Below, one piece after another: positions 30,272 to 40,553 of a DNA stretch of 64,000 nucleotides (within the stretch, counting starts at the first letter, position 1; each line of letters opens with the position of its first letter). Source of the DNA: a virus (lineage: Duplodnaviria; Caudoviricetes); IMG/VR virus record IMGVR_UViG_3300032280_000659, positions 32,001 to 96,000 of that record; one strand, 5' to 3'. The notes beneath the pieces were generated by a model. That model made no database searches and was not told where the DNA came from. It saw only the letters and a list, made by a program, of their open reading frames with translations. The position numbers were made by a program, and so were the translations under genes.

Positions 30272-31618
30272 ATGATTAACTATCAAAAAGAAAAAACTGT
30301 TATTGTTTATCTGGCAATGAACACAAAAAGAGATGAATCTTACGGTAGAGATTCAGCTTCAATGCTTGTAAAAAGTCTTGATAGCTTGTATCAAAATTAT
30401 AATGAAAAATTTAAGCATGATATAATAATTTTTTACGATAAAAATCATGTATTTCTCCCAGATGACCAAAAAAGAATAGCAAACGGAAGAGAAGAAATAA
30501 AGTTTCAACTATTAGATGGTGACTTATGGAGTCCTCCTGATTGTGAAGAAATCAGAAAAAATCCAAATCCAAGTAATTGGACTGCTCCGCATTTTTCTGT
30601 CGGCTATCGCAATATGATGCGATGGTATGGTATACTGATATATAAATTTCTTACTGATCTTGGTTATGAAATGTATATGAGAATGGATGACGACTCATTG
30701 TTACATTCCACTATAGACTACGATCTCTTTGAGTTCTTACACAAAAACGATTATGATTATGGATTCAGATGTTACGTCAACGACCATATTTCTGTTTCAA
30801 ATGGATTAATAGAATTCTGTCATGAATATATAAAAGACAAAAATCTATCTAAACATTGGATAGACAGGTTTATCAACCAAAAAACAAATTGGAAATCTTC
30901 ATCTTATAATATTTTGGGTTACTACAATAATTTTTTGATATCAAAACTTGATTTCTGGATGAGGGATGATGTTCAGAAATTCCTCAAACACTTTGATGAA
31001 TCTGGTTTTATGTATACAAGAAGATGGAACGATCTAGTATCACAGGCTGTAACCATACAGCTTTTTATGGATAGAGAAAAAATCTATCAGTTCACTGATT
31101 GGACTTATGAACATGCAACTTTTGGCAATTATGATTCTCAAAATCACTTAACATGGGGAGGGCTGTATCCAAAAATAGAAAACAATAAGTATGTGCTAAA
31201 CGAATATTGTGAAAAATGGTTCAATAAGTACAACATTTTTGCCAAAAATAGTTTTCAAACACTTGATATCAAAAATTGCTTAAACTTTAAGCCAGTTTCT
31301 CTAAAAGATAATTGGTCAAAATCATTTTGCTTAGGCAAGGCACAGAATATTAACAATGTGTATGATCAAATCAACGACTATCTATTGAATTGTTTTGGCG
31401 AACTCAGAAATGACATACAATTTTCATATAAAACACCTTATGGTTTTGTTTGGCTCAATAATAATTCTTATGGAGATAAATATAACGATATTTTGGTTAT
31501 AAATTCTGATGTTATATCGGAAGTTTATTCTGAGCAAGATAAAGCTTCTGGATTTATTCTTAATCGCAATATTATAGTCAACCCTTGTAATTATGAAATA
31601 GGAGAACTAAATGAATAA
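30272..31618 (+). CDS. GT15 (Kre2/Mnt1-like) glycosyltransferase
   Basis: GYRNMMRWY, YMRMDDDS, YYNNFLISKLDFW, GFMYTRRWND match GT15 signature segments. Confidence 0.75.
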   Translation: MINYQKEKTVIVYLAMNTKRDESYGRDSASMLVKSLDSLYQNYNEKFKHDIIIFYDKNHVFLPDDQKRIANGREEIKFQLLDGDLWSPPDCEEIRKNPNPSNWTAPHFSVGYRNMMRWYGILIYKFLTDLGYEMYMRMDDDSLLHSTIDYDLFEFLHKNDYDYGFRCYVNDHISVSNGLIEFCHEYIKDKNLSKHWIDRFINQKTNWKSSSYNILGYYNNFLISKLDFWMRDDVQKFLKHFDESGFMYTRRWNDLVSQAVTIQLFMDREKIYQFTDWTYEHATFGNYDSQNHLTWGGLYPKIENNKYVLNEYCEKWFNKYNIFAKNSFQTLDIKNCLNFKPVSLKDNWSKSFCLGKAQNINNVYDQINDYLLNCFGELRNDIQFSYKTPYGFVWLNNNSYGDKYNDILVINSDVISEVYSEQDKASGFILNRNIIVNPCNYEIGELNE

Positions 31619-32083
31619 AATAACTTGGTTGGATCTTTATAATTTCCTTTATGATCAGGCTCATGATTTTAAAAATCTAGGGAAATTCGATTGGAGTTCT
31701 CCTGTTGTAATTCACGATGCTGAAACTGGAGACGAACATTTTTGTGATACATGGATGATATCTGATGATACAAACGAAGAAAAACCAGTATTGCTTATTA
31801 ACGCTCAAGAAATATACAAATGAATAATTCAAACATAAGATTCTCAAATCCAATAGAATATGTATTAAATCAAATGCTTTCTGGGTTGAAAGTAGAAACA
31901 TTTGATATCAGAAACGCAACAGATCAATGGAATCAAATTAAGAATATTCAGCCAGTCGCATACGCACTGGACAATGGAGACGGGAACATTTACAATATAA
32001 GTAAGTACGATAACCCGTACATAGACAGAAATAGAGTTGTGAAATTGTATCGTCACGACTAACTTGTTTTAGAAAGGTATAAA

Positions 32084-32428
32084 ATGAAAAGGATTTTGTT
32101 TTTTACATTATTGATTGTGTCTTTAACTACTATTTGTGAAGCTGCTCCTCGTAAAAGAACATATAATTATACTACCAGTAATAACACATCCTACACTACT
32201 AATGTAGATAACTCTACTGCTCAGGGTGTTGCTAATACTATGGCAGCTAGAAATTATGTTGGACATTTTGGGGGCAACAGTGGATATGAAGGTTGTGGTA
32301 GTGGGTATAGCAAAGAGCAAGCTTATAATAATTGCTGTTTTGCAAATGATACCAGACTAACAACTGTCGATGTTGGATATGCACAAGGGAGTAATGGTCG
32401 ATGGTTTTGTTGCCGTCGATATCGTTAA
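32084..32428 (+). CDS. secreted CAP/SCP-like small protein
   Basis: Signal peptide; GHFGG...YEGCG...CCF...DVGYAQG...WFCCRRY. Confidence 0.55.
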   Translation: MKRILFFTLLIVSLTTICEAAPRKRTYNYTTSNNTSYTTNVDNSTAQGVANTMAARNYVGHFGGNSGYEGCGSGYSKEQAYNNCCFANDTRLTTVDVGYAQGSNGRWFCCRRYR

Positions 32429-33063
32429 TCTTAACTTATATTTAAGGAGAAATTATGAAATATAGTATTCTATCGCTTTTGATCTTGGGTTTTGCTACAA
32501 CTTGTTTTGGCGGCGAACCAACTCTAGCGGAACCTATTAGTATGGTAGTTGTTGACAATGGAGCAGCAAATACCGTATGCACTGATTGTAATATTCGTCG
32601 CAGGGGTATTCTCCGAAACGGATATGTAGTTACTAGTCATGAACTAACTAGTAATAGTGCCTCCACAACAAGATCAGTATTTGACGGTAGGAATAATACT
32701 GTTCGATCAAGAATAGTGACTAAGAGTTTTTGTAATGGCGGTAAATGTAACACTGTAGTAAAGTAAGAGATTATTGCTAATAATGGTGGGGCGAGATAAT
32801 TTCAACCCCCATACATTATTAGTCATCTAAGAGGATCTAATCATGAAAGCAATATTTGAATTTAATTTACCAGAAGATCAACATGAATATGATGTTATGA
32901 ACCAGGCAAGCAAGACTCAATCTTTTTTGTGGAATTTTAGTCAGCAGCTTCGATCATGGCAGAAGTATTCTAATGATTTTCAAAACGCTGGAGATGCTTT
33001 AGATAAAATTCGTACAGAATTCCATAGACTTCTTAGCGAACAACAAATTAATATTGATCTATA

Positions 33064-33666
33064 ATGAGTATAACAATTATTGGTGACGTTCATGGTAAGT
33101 ATGAGCGTTACTATAAAATTATTCGTCAGTCAGACATTCACTCACATACTATACAGTTGGGTGATTTTGGTTTTAAATATAATACTCTAATCAATCTTGA
33201 TTCAAATAATCATAAAATATTAGGAGGTAATCATGATAACTACGATATTATTCATAAATATCCTCATTATCTTGGCGACTATGGCATTAGTATTGTTGGC
33301 GGGGTAGAATTTTTCTATTATCGTGGAGCATATAGTATTGATCGTCAATATAGAACAGTGGGGATAGATTGGTGGGAGCAAGAGCAAGTTAGTATTGATC
33401 AGTTTATGAAAGCTAGAGAACTCTATAGACAAAATAAGCCTAGAATTGTTATAACTCATGATTGTCCACAAAATATTGCTGCTATGATGCTGATGCCAAA
33501 TCAAAGAATATATGAGAATACAACAGGATGGGCCTTACAAGAATTATTAAATATTCATGAGCCTGAGTATTGGTTTTTTGGTCACTGGCATCAGTCAAGA
33601 ACCATAAGCTACGGGAAAACAATATTTATTTGTTTAGACGAACTAGAAACATTTAGTTTAAATTAA
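33064..33666 (+). CDS. calcineurin-like metallophosphoesterase
   Basis: GDVHG, QLGDFG, GGNHD, GAYSIDR, THDCP, FGHWH. Confidence 0.88.
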   Translation: MSITIIGDVHGKYERYYKIIRQSDIHSHTIQLGDFGFKYNTLINLDSNNHKILGGNHDNYDIIHKYPHYLGDYGISIVGGVEFFYYRGAYSIDRQYRTVGIDWWEQEQVSIDQFMKARELYRQNKPRIVITHDCPQNIAAMMLMPNQRIYENTTGWALQELLNIHEPEYWFFGHWHQSRTISYGKTIFICLDELETFSLN

Positions 33667-33669
33667 ATT

Positions 33670-34416
33670 ATGAAAACACTTTTTTGTATTATTGGTAATT
33701 TAAGGGGTGGTAAAGTTCCATACGAATCTTATAAAAGATATTTTAAAAACAAAAATATAGATTTATTATTATGTATTGGAAATACATATTCAGATTCAGA
33801 ATGGAGACAAGAAGCAAAATATATTTATGAAATAGACGAATCTAATAATAATGTATGGGAAAATATATACGATGAAGTTTCGGATTCATGGAAGCAAGAA
33901 AATTGGCTTCCTGAAAATGTATGGGGGCCGCACAATGGACGATCTGGTTCTGGTATGATTATTTGTGGTTTTAGAAAAAAACTATATGATTTTATCATAG
34001 CTAATAATTTATGTTATGATAGATATGTTATGACAAGATCAGATCATTACTATATTTCTGATTTTTTACCAGAAGTAAAATCCAATTGCTTATATATACC
34101 ACAGGGAGAAGATTACGAGGGTGTGACTGATAGATTTTTAGTTGCTGACCACAAATCTTTCTTGATGAGCTTAAGAAATATTGTTGATTTTGTTATTAGT
34201 AATCCACAAAAATATACTAATATTGAACAATATCTAAAAAACTATTATTTATCTATGAATTTAGATATATACAGAATAAAAAGAACAATGTATTGTATAG
34301 GAAGAGCAGATGAACAAACACGATGGCGTAAGCCTAAAATTGAGTATCCTGTACCTAACCATCCAGAATATTATCTTAAATATCCAGCAGAGTATGAGTT
34401 GATAACTTCTACTTGA
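33670..34416 (+). CDS. putative glycosyltransferase-like protein
   Basis: YDRYVMTRSD...YIPQGEDYEGVTDRF pattern. Confidence 0.5.
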   Translation: MKTLFCIIGNLRGGKVPYESYKRYFKNKNIDLLLCIGNTYSDSEWRQEAKYIYEIDESNNNVWENIYDEVSDSWKQENWLPENVWGPHNGRSGSGMIICGFRKKLYDFIIANNLCYDRYVMTRSDHYYISDFLPEVKSNCLYIPQGEDYEGVTDRFLVADHKSFLMSLRNIVDFVISNPQKYTNIEQYLKNYYLSMNLDIYRIKRTMYCIGRADEQTRWRKPKIEYPVPNHPEYYLKYPAEYELITST

Positions 34417-34447
34417 CTTAATGAATTGGTTGATGTATACTATACAT

Positions 34448-34545
34448 AGTTGATGCCGAAAGGTAGGGGTCGCGGGTATCCCCATAATTAACTTCCGTAG
34501 ACTCTTGGCGACATTCTGTGTAAATGACTGAGCAATGCCGCTCCA
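34448..34545 (+). ncRNA. candidate structured RNA or 5' leader starting at a promoter +1
   Basis: TTGACT-17-TATACT (34413-34441); AGTTGA/TTAACT closes TGCC-GAAA-GGTA and GGGG/CCCC hairpins; second hairpin to 34545. Confidence 0.5.
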
Positions 34546-34709
34546 ATATAAGGATTTAATCATGACAGAAGATGAGCGATTTGTTATATTTTGGCTATAC
34601 AATACAGTTACCAAAAGGATGCCGGATAATCCTTATGGTTCTAATGATATTATACTAAATGGGATTAATGTAACTGAAACCGTTAGGAAACTACTACAAG
34701 ATAGACTAT

Positions 34710-35402
34710 TTGTATAGAAATATGATAAAAAGACAACTGATATCTGTTATAGGCATAGAAATTATAGATATAGATCTATTTTATCATTTTATTAATTACT
34801 ATGATCCATATGTTGATGAATTTTCTATAGTTTTTAACTATCAAAATTCTGATTTTTTAGAATCTTTTTACGAAATGGTTCCCAGTAACAAAAGAATGAA
34901 TGTTAAACTATGGGATGGTTTGTATAACGAACATACTAAATCAAATCATATAAATAACATTATCAATCAAGAGAATAAATCCAGTATCATAGCAGATCAT
35001 GATGAGTTTATTGAATTTAATGAAGATTTTTTTGAATGTCCAAAAGATAAATACAATACTGGTTCTCTAATAGAAAGATTTCATTTGCAAGACAACAAGA
35101 TTGTACTGCGTAAAGTTCAAAGAGATGAAAGTCTGTTTAATCAATTCGAATATAAATATAATTTTGGAAACTTTAGAGCAATATCAAAGATTTGTTATGT
35201 GCATCAAAATATGAATGTTTCTCTAGGTCATCACAACCTAATTGAGAAAAAAGGTATTCATTGTAGTACAAATGTTCATCATTTTAAATACGATAGTTTT
35301 TTTCCAAAAGTTGTAGAAAATGTTTTAACTAATAAGTTTGGTTTCCAGCACGAAATTGAAAAAGTCAATAACTTCATTACTACAGAGAAATTATCTATAT
35401 GA
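34710..35402 (+). CDS. GT2-like glycosyltransferase
   Basis: FYHFINYY N-terminus, IIADHDEF (DxD), SLGHH, VHHFKY. Confidence 0.6.
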   Translation: MYRNMIKRQLISVIGIEIIDIDLFYHFINYYDPYVDEFSIVFNYQNSDFLESFYEMVPSNKRMNVKLWDGLYNEHTKSNHINNIINQENKSSIIADHDEFIEFNEDFFECPKDKYNTGSLIERFHLQDNKIVLRKVQRDESLFNQFEYKYNFGNFRAISKICYVHQNMNVSLGHHNLIEKKGIHCSTNVHHFKYDSFFPKVVENVLTNKFGFQHEIEKVNNFITTEKLSI

Positions 35403-35597
35403 ATGAAATAGAAAAAGCTAATATACTTGAAATTATCAAATTGTGTAATCGAAAAATTAAAGATCAAAAAGATCATGAGTCTACATCTGGATATGGTGAA
35501 GATTATAATGATGGCAGGATTGTCGGCGCTGCTGCATTAGCACGAAGAATACTAACTATACTAAAATATTTTGAACTTTAAGTAGCTAATTATTTTT

Positions 35598-36251
35598 ATG
35601 AAAATATCTCCTATAAAACACGATGATTCAAACACATTACTAATGTTTTCTGGTGGATTAGACTCTACTGGTGCGTTATGGAATCTTCTAAAAGATGAAA
35701 CAGTCAAACTACATATACATCACTTACATTTAATTAATCCAACAAAAAGAGCAAGAGCAGAACAAATAGCTGTTAAAAATATTCTGTCTCATATATGTAA
35801 AACTTATCATAATATTAAATACAGTGAGAGCTATCATGAATATACATCTTATTCATACTTAACTCAAATAGTAGGTACTAATCATATTATACTTAACGAA
35901 AACCTAATATCCGATAGTGATATGTATAATTTTATGGCAGGTACAATATGCTGGTCTTTACCACATATTAAAAGAGTAGCAATAGGTCGCACTAAATCAG
36001 ACGATACTCCAGAGGTAATAGAAAGAGCTATTAGAGGTAACGAAATACTAAAACTTTTAGCCCCTAATGTCAAGAAGATATATCCTGTTGAATATTTAAC
36101 AAAAGGCGAGATATACAGTATGTTGCCAGAAGAAATAAGGAATATGACTTGGAGCTGTCGAACGCCTATTAATACTAGTGATAGTATATTCAAAGAATGT
36201 GGAAAGTGTAAAACCTGTTTAGAGCTTGGTAAAATCAAAGATAAAAAATGA
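35598..36251 (+). CDS. QueC-like PP-loop ATPase
   Basis: MFSGGLDS PP-loop; TWSCR...CGKCKTC zinc site. Confidence 0.75.
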   Translation: MKISPIKHDDSNTLLMFSGGLDSTGALWNLLKDETVKLHIHHLHLINPTKRARAEQIAVKNILSHICKTYHNIKYSESYHEYTSYSYLTQIVGTNHIILNENLISDSDMYNFMAGTICWSLPHIKRVAIGRTKSDDTPEVIERAIRGNEILKLLAPNVKKIYPVEYLTKGEIYSMLPEEIRNMTWSCRTPINTSDSIFKECGKCKTCLELGKIKDKK

Positions 36252-36704
36252 TACTAGACACTCAGCACTGGCAAAATCTAAAGCCACCACTATCTCCGAA
36301 TGAATACGAAATAGAATTATTTAAGCTCCATATAAATGGACTTCATCCAGTTTGCTTACTAGGAATGACGAAAGAGTTAATTCCATTATGTGATTTTATG
36401 GTTGATATTAATCCTATACCACAAGATAAATCCGTTATTAAATTAGACTGGAAAGACCTAGATAAAAAATCATCTGTTATTATTGGTGACGGAGTATTAA
36501 ATTTAGCTGGCATAGAACTTATTGATCATCTTTTAAATCTTACGGACAAAATAGTATGCAGAGTATTTCTTAAAAAACTAGAAGGTATGAAATATGCGCA
36601 GTATTTCCCACAAGAGTTCTTGGGAGCAGAGTTAATTATTCCAACTCAAGAGAATGTTGTTATGGTTATCTGGGATAAATTACTTAATTAAGGCGTTATT
36701 AAAA

Positions 36705-37418
36705 ATGGAATACGAGAATATTTTTAGACATAGAGGACAGTCCTATGATCTAGCGATGAATAAATATCCCAATGCCAGAAATCAAGAATTCTATCAACTT
36801 TTTGCTAGACATCCTATAACAAAGAATGAAACTATATTAGATATACCATCTCTTGGAGGATATTTAAAAAAATACTGCCTAGAAGATACGACTGTGCTAT
36901 CGTTAGATTTTTCCGAATCTATTAATAATATATCGGTAGTATCTCCATACGAAAAATGGAATATTCCTAGTGTCGATAGAATAGTGTGCCTTGCTTCAAT
37001 TCATCACATACAAAAATTGGGTCTTTTTTTAAATAATATCCCATCACATATAAAAAACAAAGGATTTATTCATTTAGCAGATGTTTCATCAGGTAGTAAT
37101 ATTTCGTTTTTTTTAGATGAATTTGTTGGCAAATATACGTCTACGGGGGAGCATAAAGGGTTATACTATAATTAGAATAATATATTATTTCCTAAAAACT
37201 TATCAGTATTAAGTATTTCTGAAATAGAATGTCCTTGGGTCTTTGAATCTATAACAGATATGGTTAACTATTGTAGATTATTATTTGATCTACAAAATAT
37301 ATCTGATAAAGAAATACTGGATAGTTTAACAAAATATGTAGGGTATAGAACCATCAACGATAATATTTATTTAAATTGGCATTTAACATATATTGATCTG
37401 CAATATAATAGAATATAG
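36705..37418 (+). pseudogene. class I SAM methyltransferase interrupted by one in-frame TAG (37173-37175)
   Basis: ILDIPSLGGYL, CLASIHH, LADV motifs; frame stays open for 80 more codons (CPWVFES...YCRLLF...LNWHLTY) to TAG 37418. Confidence 0.7.
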
Positions 37419-37427
37419 GAATAAATT

Positions 37428-38201
37428 ATGTGGCTAAGACCAAAGGCAAGAATGAATTACTGGAATTGTTCCAAGTTTGCGGACTTTATTCGTGGAACAA
37501 AGAAACCATATGCTTTAGAGTGGGGTAAATGGGACGAGTGGAAAAAAGAACAAAAAAAGAAAAGACCAGTACGATTTTGGTTGGCAGAAGAAGGATTAGC
37601 TAAACTACAGGATTTATTCATGCTTCCTGCTGATATTTATAGCGAGATAAGATACTATATAGGTAATCGTTGGATAGACAAACTTCATTACCTAAAAACT
37701 GGATTAAAACCAGGGCATTATTATGAGTTTGACTATAGGATTCTTCATGGAATTTTTAATGAATTAGTTATTTATGTTGAGGTTGAACTGGCTCATACTA
37801 TGAAAGCATATCCTGAGCGTAAATATAAGTTTGTTAGTGGGCGATGTGAACAGGCAGGATTAGATCATCTCAAATGGGCCTGTGATTTAAAGTATACTAA
37901 AGATTGGGGAGTAGACAAAAAAGATCCCAAATACGGAAAACCAACTCACCAAGCTATTAATGCACAAAAAATAAAAAAGCTTTATCAGTGGTGGAAAGAT
38001 CGTCCAAATAGACCAGAACCTATGGATGTTGCCAAATTAACTTGGAATCAAGACAAAGAAAATAGTTTAATGAATGGTAAAATAACAAGAAAAGAATTAT
38101 CTCAATTCAAAAAACTTGAAAAGATTGAAGCAGACTATGAAAAAGAAGATACAAAGATGCTCATTGAACTAATTAAAATCCGTAAGGAGTTGTGGTCATG
38201 A
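37428..38201 (+). CDS. conserved phage hypothetical protein
   Basis: 257-aa Trp-rich ORF ending EDTKMLIELIKIRKELW. Confidence 0.75.
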   Translation: MWLRPKARMNYWNCSKFADFIRGTKKPYALEWGKWDEWKKEQKKKRPVRFWLAEEGLAKLQDLFMLPADIYSEIRYYIGNRWIDKLHYLKTGLKPGHYYEFDYRILHGIFNELVIYVEVELAHTMKAYPERKYKFVSGRCEQAGLDHLKWACDLKYTKDWGVDKKDPKYGKPTHQAINAQKIKKLYQWWKDRPNRPEPMDVAKLTWNQDKENSLMNGKITRKELSQFKKLEKIEADYEKEDTKMLIELIKIRKELWS

Positions 38202-39353
38202 GAAAAGTTAATCTAGAACACGATCTCATCAAATCAGACTATATCACAGATAAGTGTGCAAACAGCGAATCTTACAGTCAAAATCTGTATGCCGCTATGT
38301 GCAATAACTTATTCTACAAGAATGGTGAGGAATGGAGTTGTTCTTGGAGATACGCTGGGGGTGTTTTGGCAGATATGCGGAATATGGGGGAGAGTTATAT
38401 TGATTTTTATTGTTCTGGAATAGGCAGTCATCATGATGGATATGTCGGAGAGAGTTTTGTTACTGATGAAATACGATCAGACTTATTGCAATTGGGTTGG
38501 ACTATTAAAGAATATCCTCAGAGTGAACAAGTTGATACTCTCTAAGAGAGTTCCTATTTAAAAGAGGGTACGCTCTGCTCTTGGTTATATTAAACGCCAC
38601 CACAACGAGTCACCATAGGACTTGACAAATGAACCAGAGGACGTTAAACTACAGTTGAACGACGAATCATCCACTAAACAGGAAAAATAATGAACGAGTC
38701 AGTCAATCAATCTATTTGTGATTTCTATAATAGTGTTTGGAATTATATGAAAGCTGAATATAAGCCAAAGTGGGCTAGGCTTTATAATGCTGAAGATACT
38801 TTGGATGAAATGATTCAGATTACTGGGCAGTATTATCTTGGTGGTAATAATATTATTGATACTGCTGGAGATATTGTAGTCCTTCTTAAGAATAGAAACA
38901 AATAAACATAAATTTATGACATCAATAGATAAATCAGATCCTTATTTTGATATAGATACCTATATTAATAGACTTGAAAAAACTATTCAGCATCAAAATT
39001 ATTTAATAGAATCTCTTAAAAATGAAATAAGAATTCAAAGAAAAGAAATAGGGGGCTTGCGTGAAGAAAGAAGGGCATTATTGAATTCAGATAATCCTCC
39101 AATGATTGATCACGACCTATGGAAAGAAAATGAATCAAATGGTATATAATGATTTTATTAAACTGGTTGATCAGACTAGTAATCAATTTAATTGGAGGCG
39201 TGGTCAAAGTCTAATGAATGTTCTTCATGGAGTTTGGCCCGAAAAGTATCAACAGATTGCTGGAACGGATAGCGACTGTTATTATGACGAGAATAAAGTA
39301 AAAACTACAATTGAATTACTAGAAATCAATTGGAATCCAGACAATAAAAAAAT

Positions 39354-39908
39354 ATGATATATTTTACTAGTGATACTCATTTTGGACATTACAATATAAT
39401 CAAACATTGTAATCGTCCATTTGATAGTGTTCATGTAATGGATCAAATCATATTAGATAATATAAATGAAGTTGTTGAGCCTTATGATACTCTGTACATT
39501 CTTGGAGACTTTTGTTTTAAGGGCAAAAAACCTATAGAATACAGACTAAGAATACTTTGTCAAAATGTTCATCTTATACTTGGTAATCATGATAAAAGAA
39601 CAGACTTTATTGATAGTAATACTGCTGATATGAATGGATTTAGCAGCATACAGGAAGTTAAAGAAATTATATATTGTAATCAAAGAATATATCTTAGTCA
39701 TTATCCTCATCGTTCTTGGCCTGCTAGTCATAAGGGAAGTTGGATGTTATTTGGTCATGTTCATTCCAAACTAGATCATGAAGATAGGCTATCTAATAAA
39801 AAAACCCTAGACATTGGCGTAGATAACACAGTCAACTATAATAAACCATTCGGACAACCTTGGAGTTTCAAAGAGTTACAAAAGCTTTTTAATACTAAAA
39901 CACAATAG
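39354..39908 (+). CDS. calcineurin-like phosphoesterase
   Basis: FTSDTHFGH, LGDF, GNHD, SHYP, FGHVH, DIGVD. Confidence 0.9.
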   Translation: MIYFTSDTHFGHYNIIKHCNRPFDSVHVMDQIILDNINEVVEPYDTLYILGDFCFKGKKPIEYRLRILCQNVHLILGNHDKRTDFIDSNTADMNGFSSIQEVKEIIYCNQRIYLSHYPHRSWPASHKGSWMLFGHVHSKLDHEDRLSNKKTLDIGVDNTVNYNKPFGQPWSFKELQKLFNTKTQ

Positions 39909-39920
39909 TAGATTTATTAA

Positions 39921-40553
39921 ATGAATAAAACAATATATACATATTATGAGCCCCTAAGAATAGGTAGAGATTATACAGAAGAAGATCTGATTAAAATTTG
40001 TGCAAAATCTTGGGAAAAAAACGGCTGGAAACTTGTAGTTTTAAATTATGAAATAGCAAAATCACATTATTTTTATTCGGCCTACTCTGAAATAGTTAAA
40101 CAATTACCTTCTGTGAATCCAAAATCTTACGACTATCATTGCTATATGAGATGGCTTGCTATGTCTAATATCGGCGGTGGCATAATGATAGATTATGATG
40201 TTGTTAATCTGAGTTTAACAGACGATTCTATTTTTCAACAAAAAATAATCACAGGATTTCAAGGTCATGTTCCGTGTGTTGTATCAGGAACAGCAGAACA
40301 GTATTTAGAGGTATGTAAAACTTTTTGTCAATTAAGAGATAACAAAAAGTGTCTGAGCAATAGTTATCATAAACTACACACATCAGATATGATGATGATA
40401 GCTATGGGTTTTAAAGAAGAACAATTCAATAAAATTAACTATGTTGCTGATTACCCTAAAATTGCTCCGCTTGTTCATTGTCCTCAAGATGTATGTATAA
40501 AAAATGACAAAAATAAACTTCAAATAATGACAAAAATTTTATATGAAAATTAA
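39921..40553 (+). CDS. putative glycosyltransferase-like protein
   Basis: SWEKNGW...CYMRWLAM..GGGIMIDYDV (DxD) as in GT32-like folds. Confidence 0.55.
   Translation: MNKTIYTYYEPLRIGRDYTEEDLIKICAKSWEKNGWKLVVLNYEIAKSHYFYSAYSEIVKQLPSVNPKSYDYHCYMRWLAMSNIGGGIMIDYDVVNLSLTDDSIFQQKIITGFQGHVPCVVSGTAEQYLEVCKTFCQLRDNKKCLSNSYHKLHTSDMMMIAMGFKEEQFNKINYVADYPKIAPLVHCPQDVCIKNDKNKLQIMTKILYEN

Noticed and set aside
35598-36251. 7-deazaguanine DNA-modification pathway
   Set aside because: Only a QueC-like PP-loop protein is seen; no folE, queD, queE or dpdA in the window, so the pathway is unsupported here.
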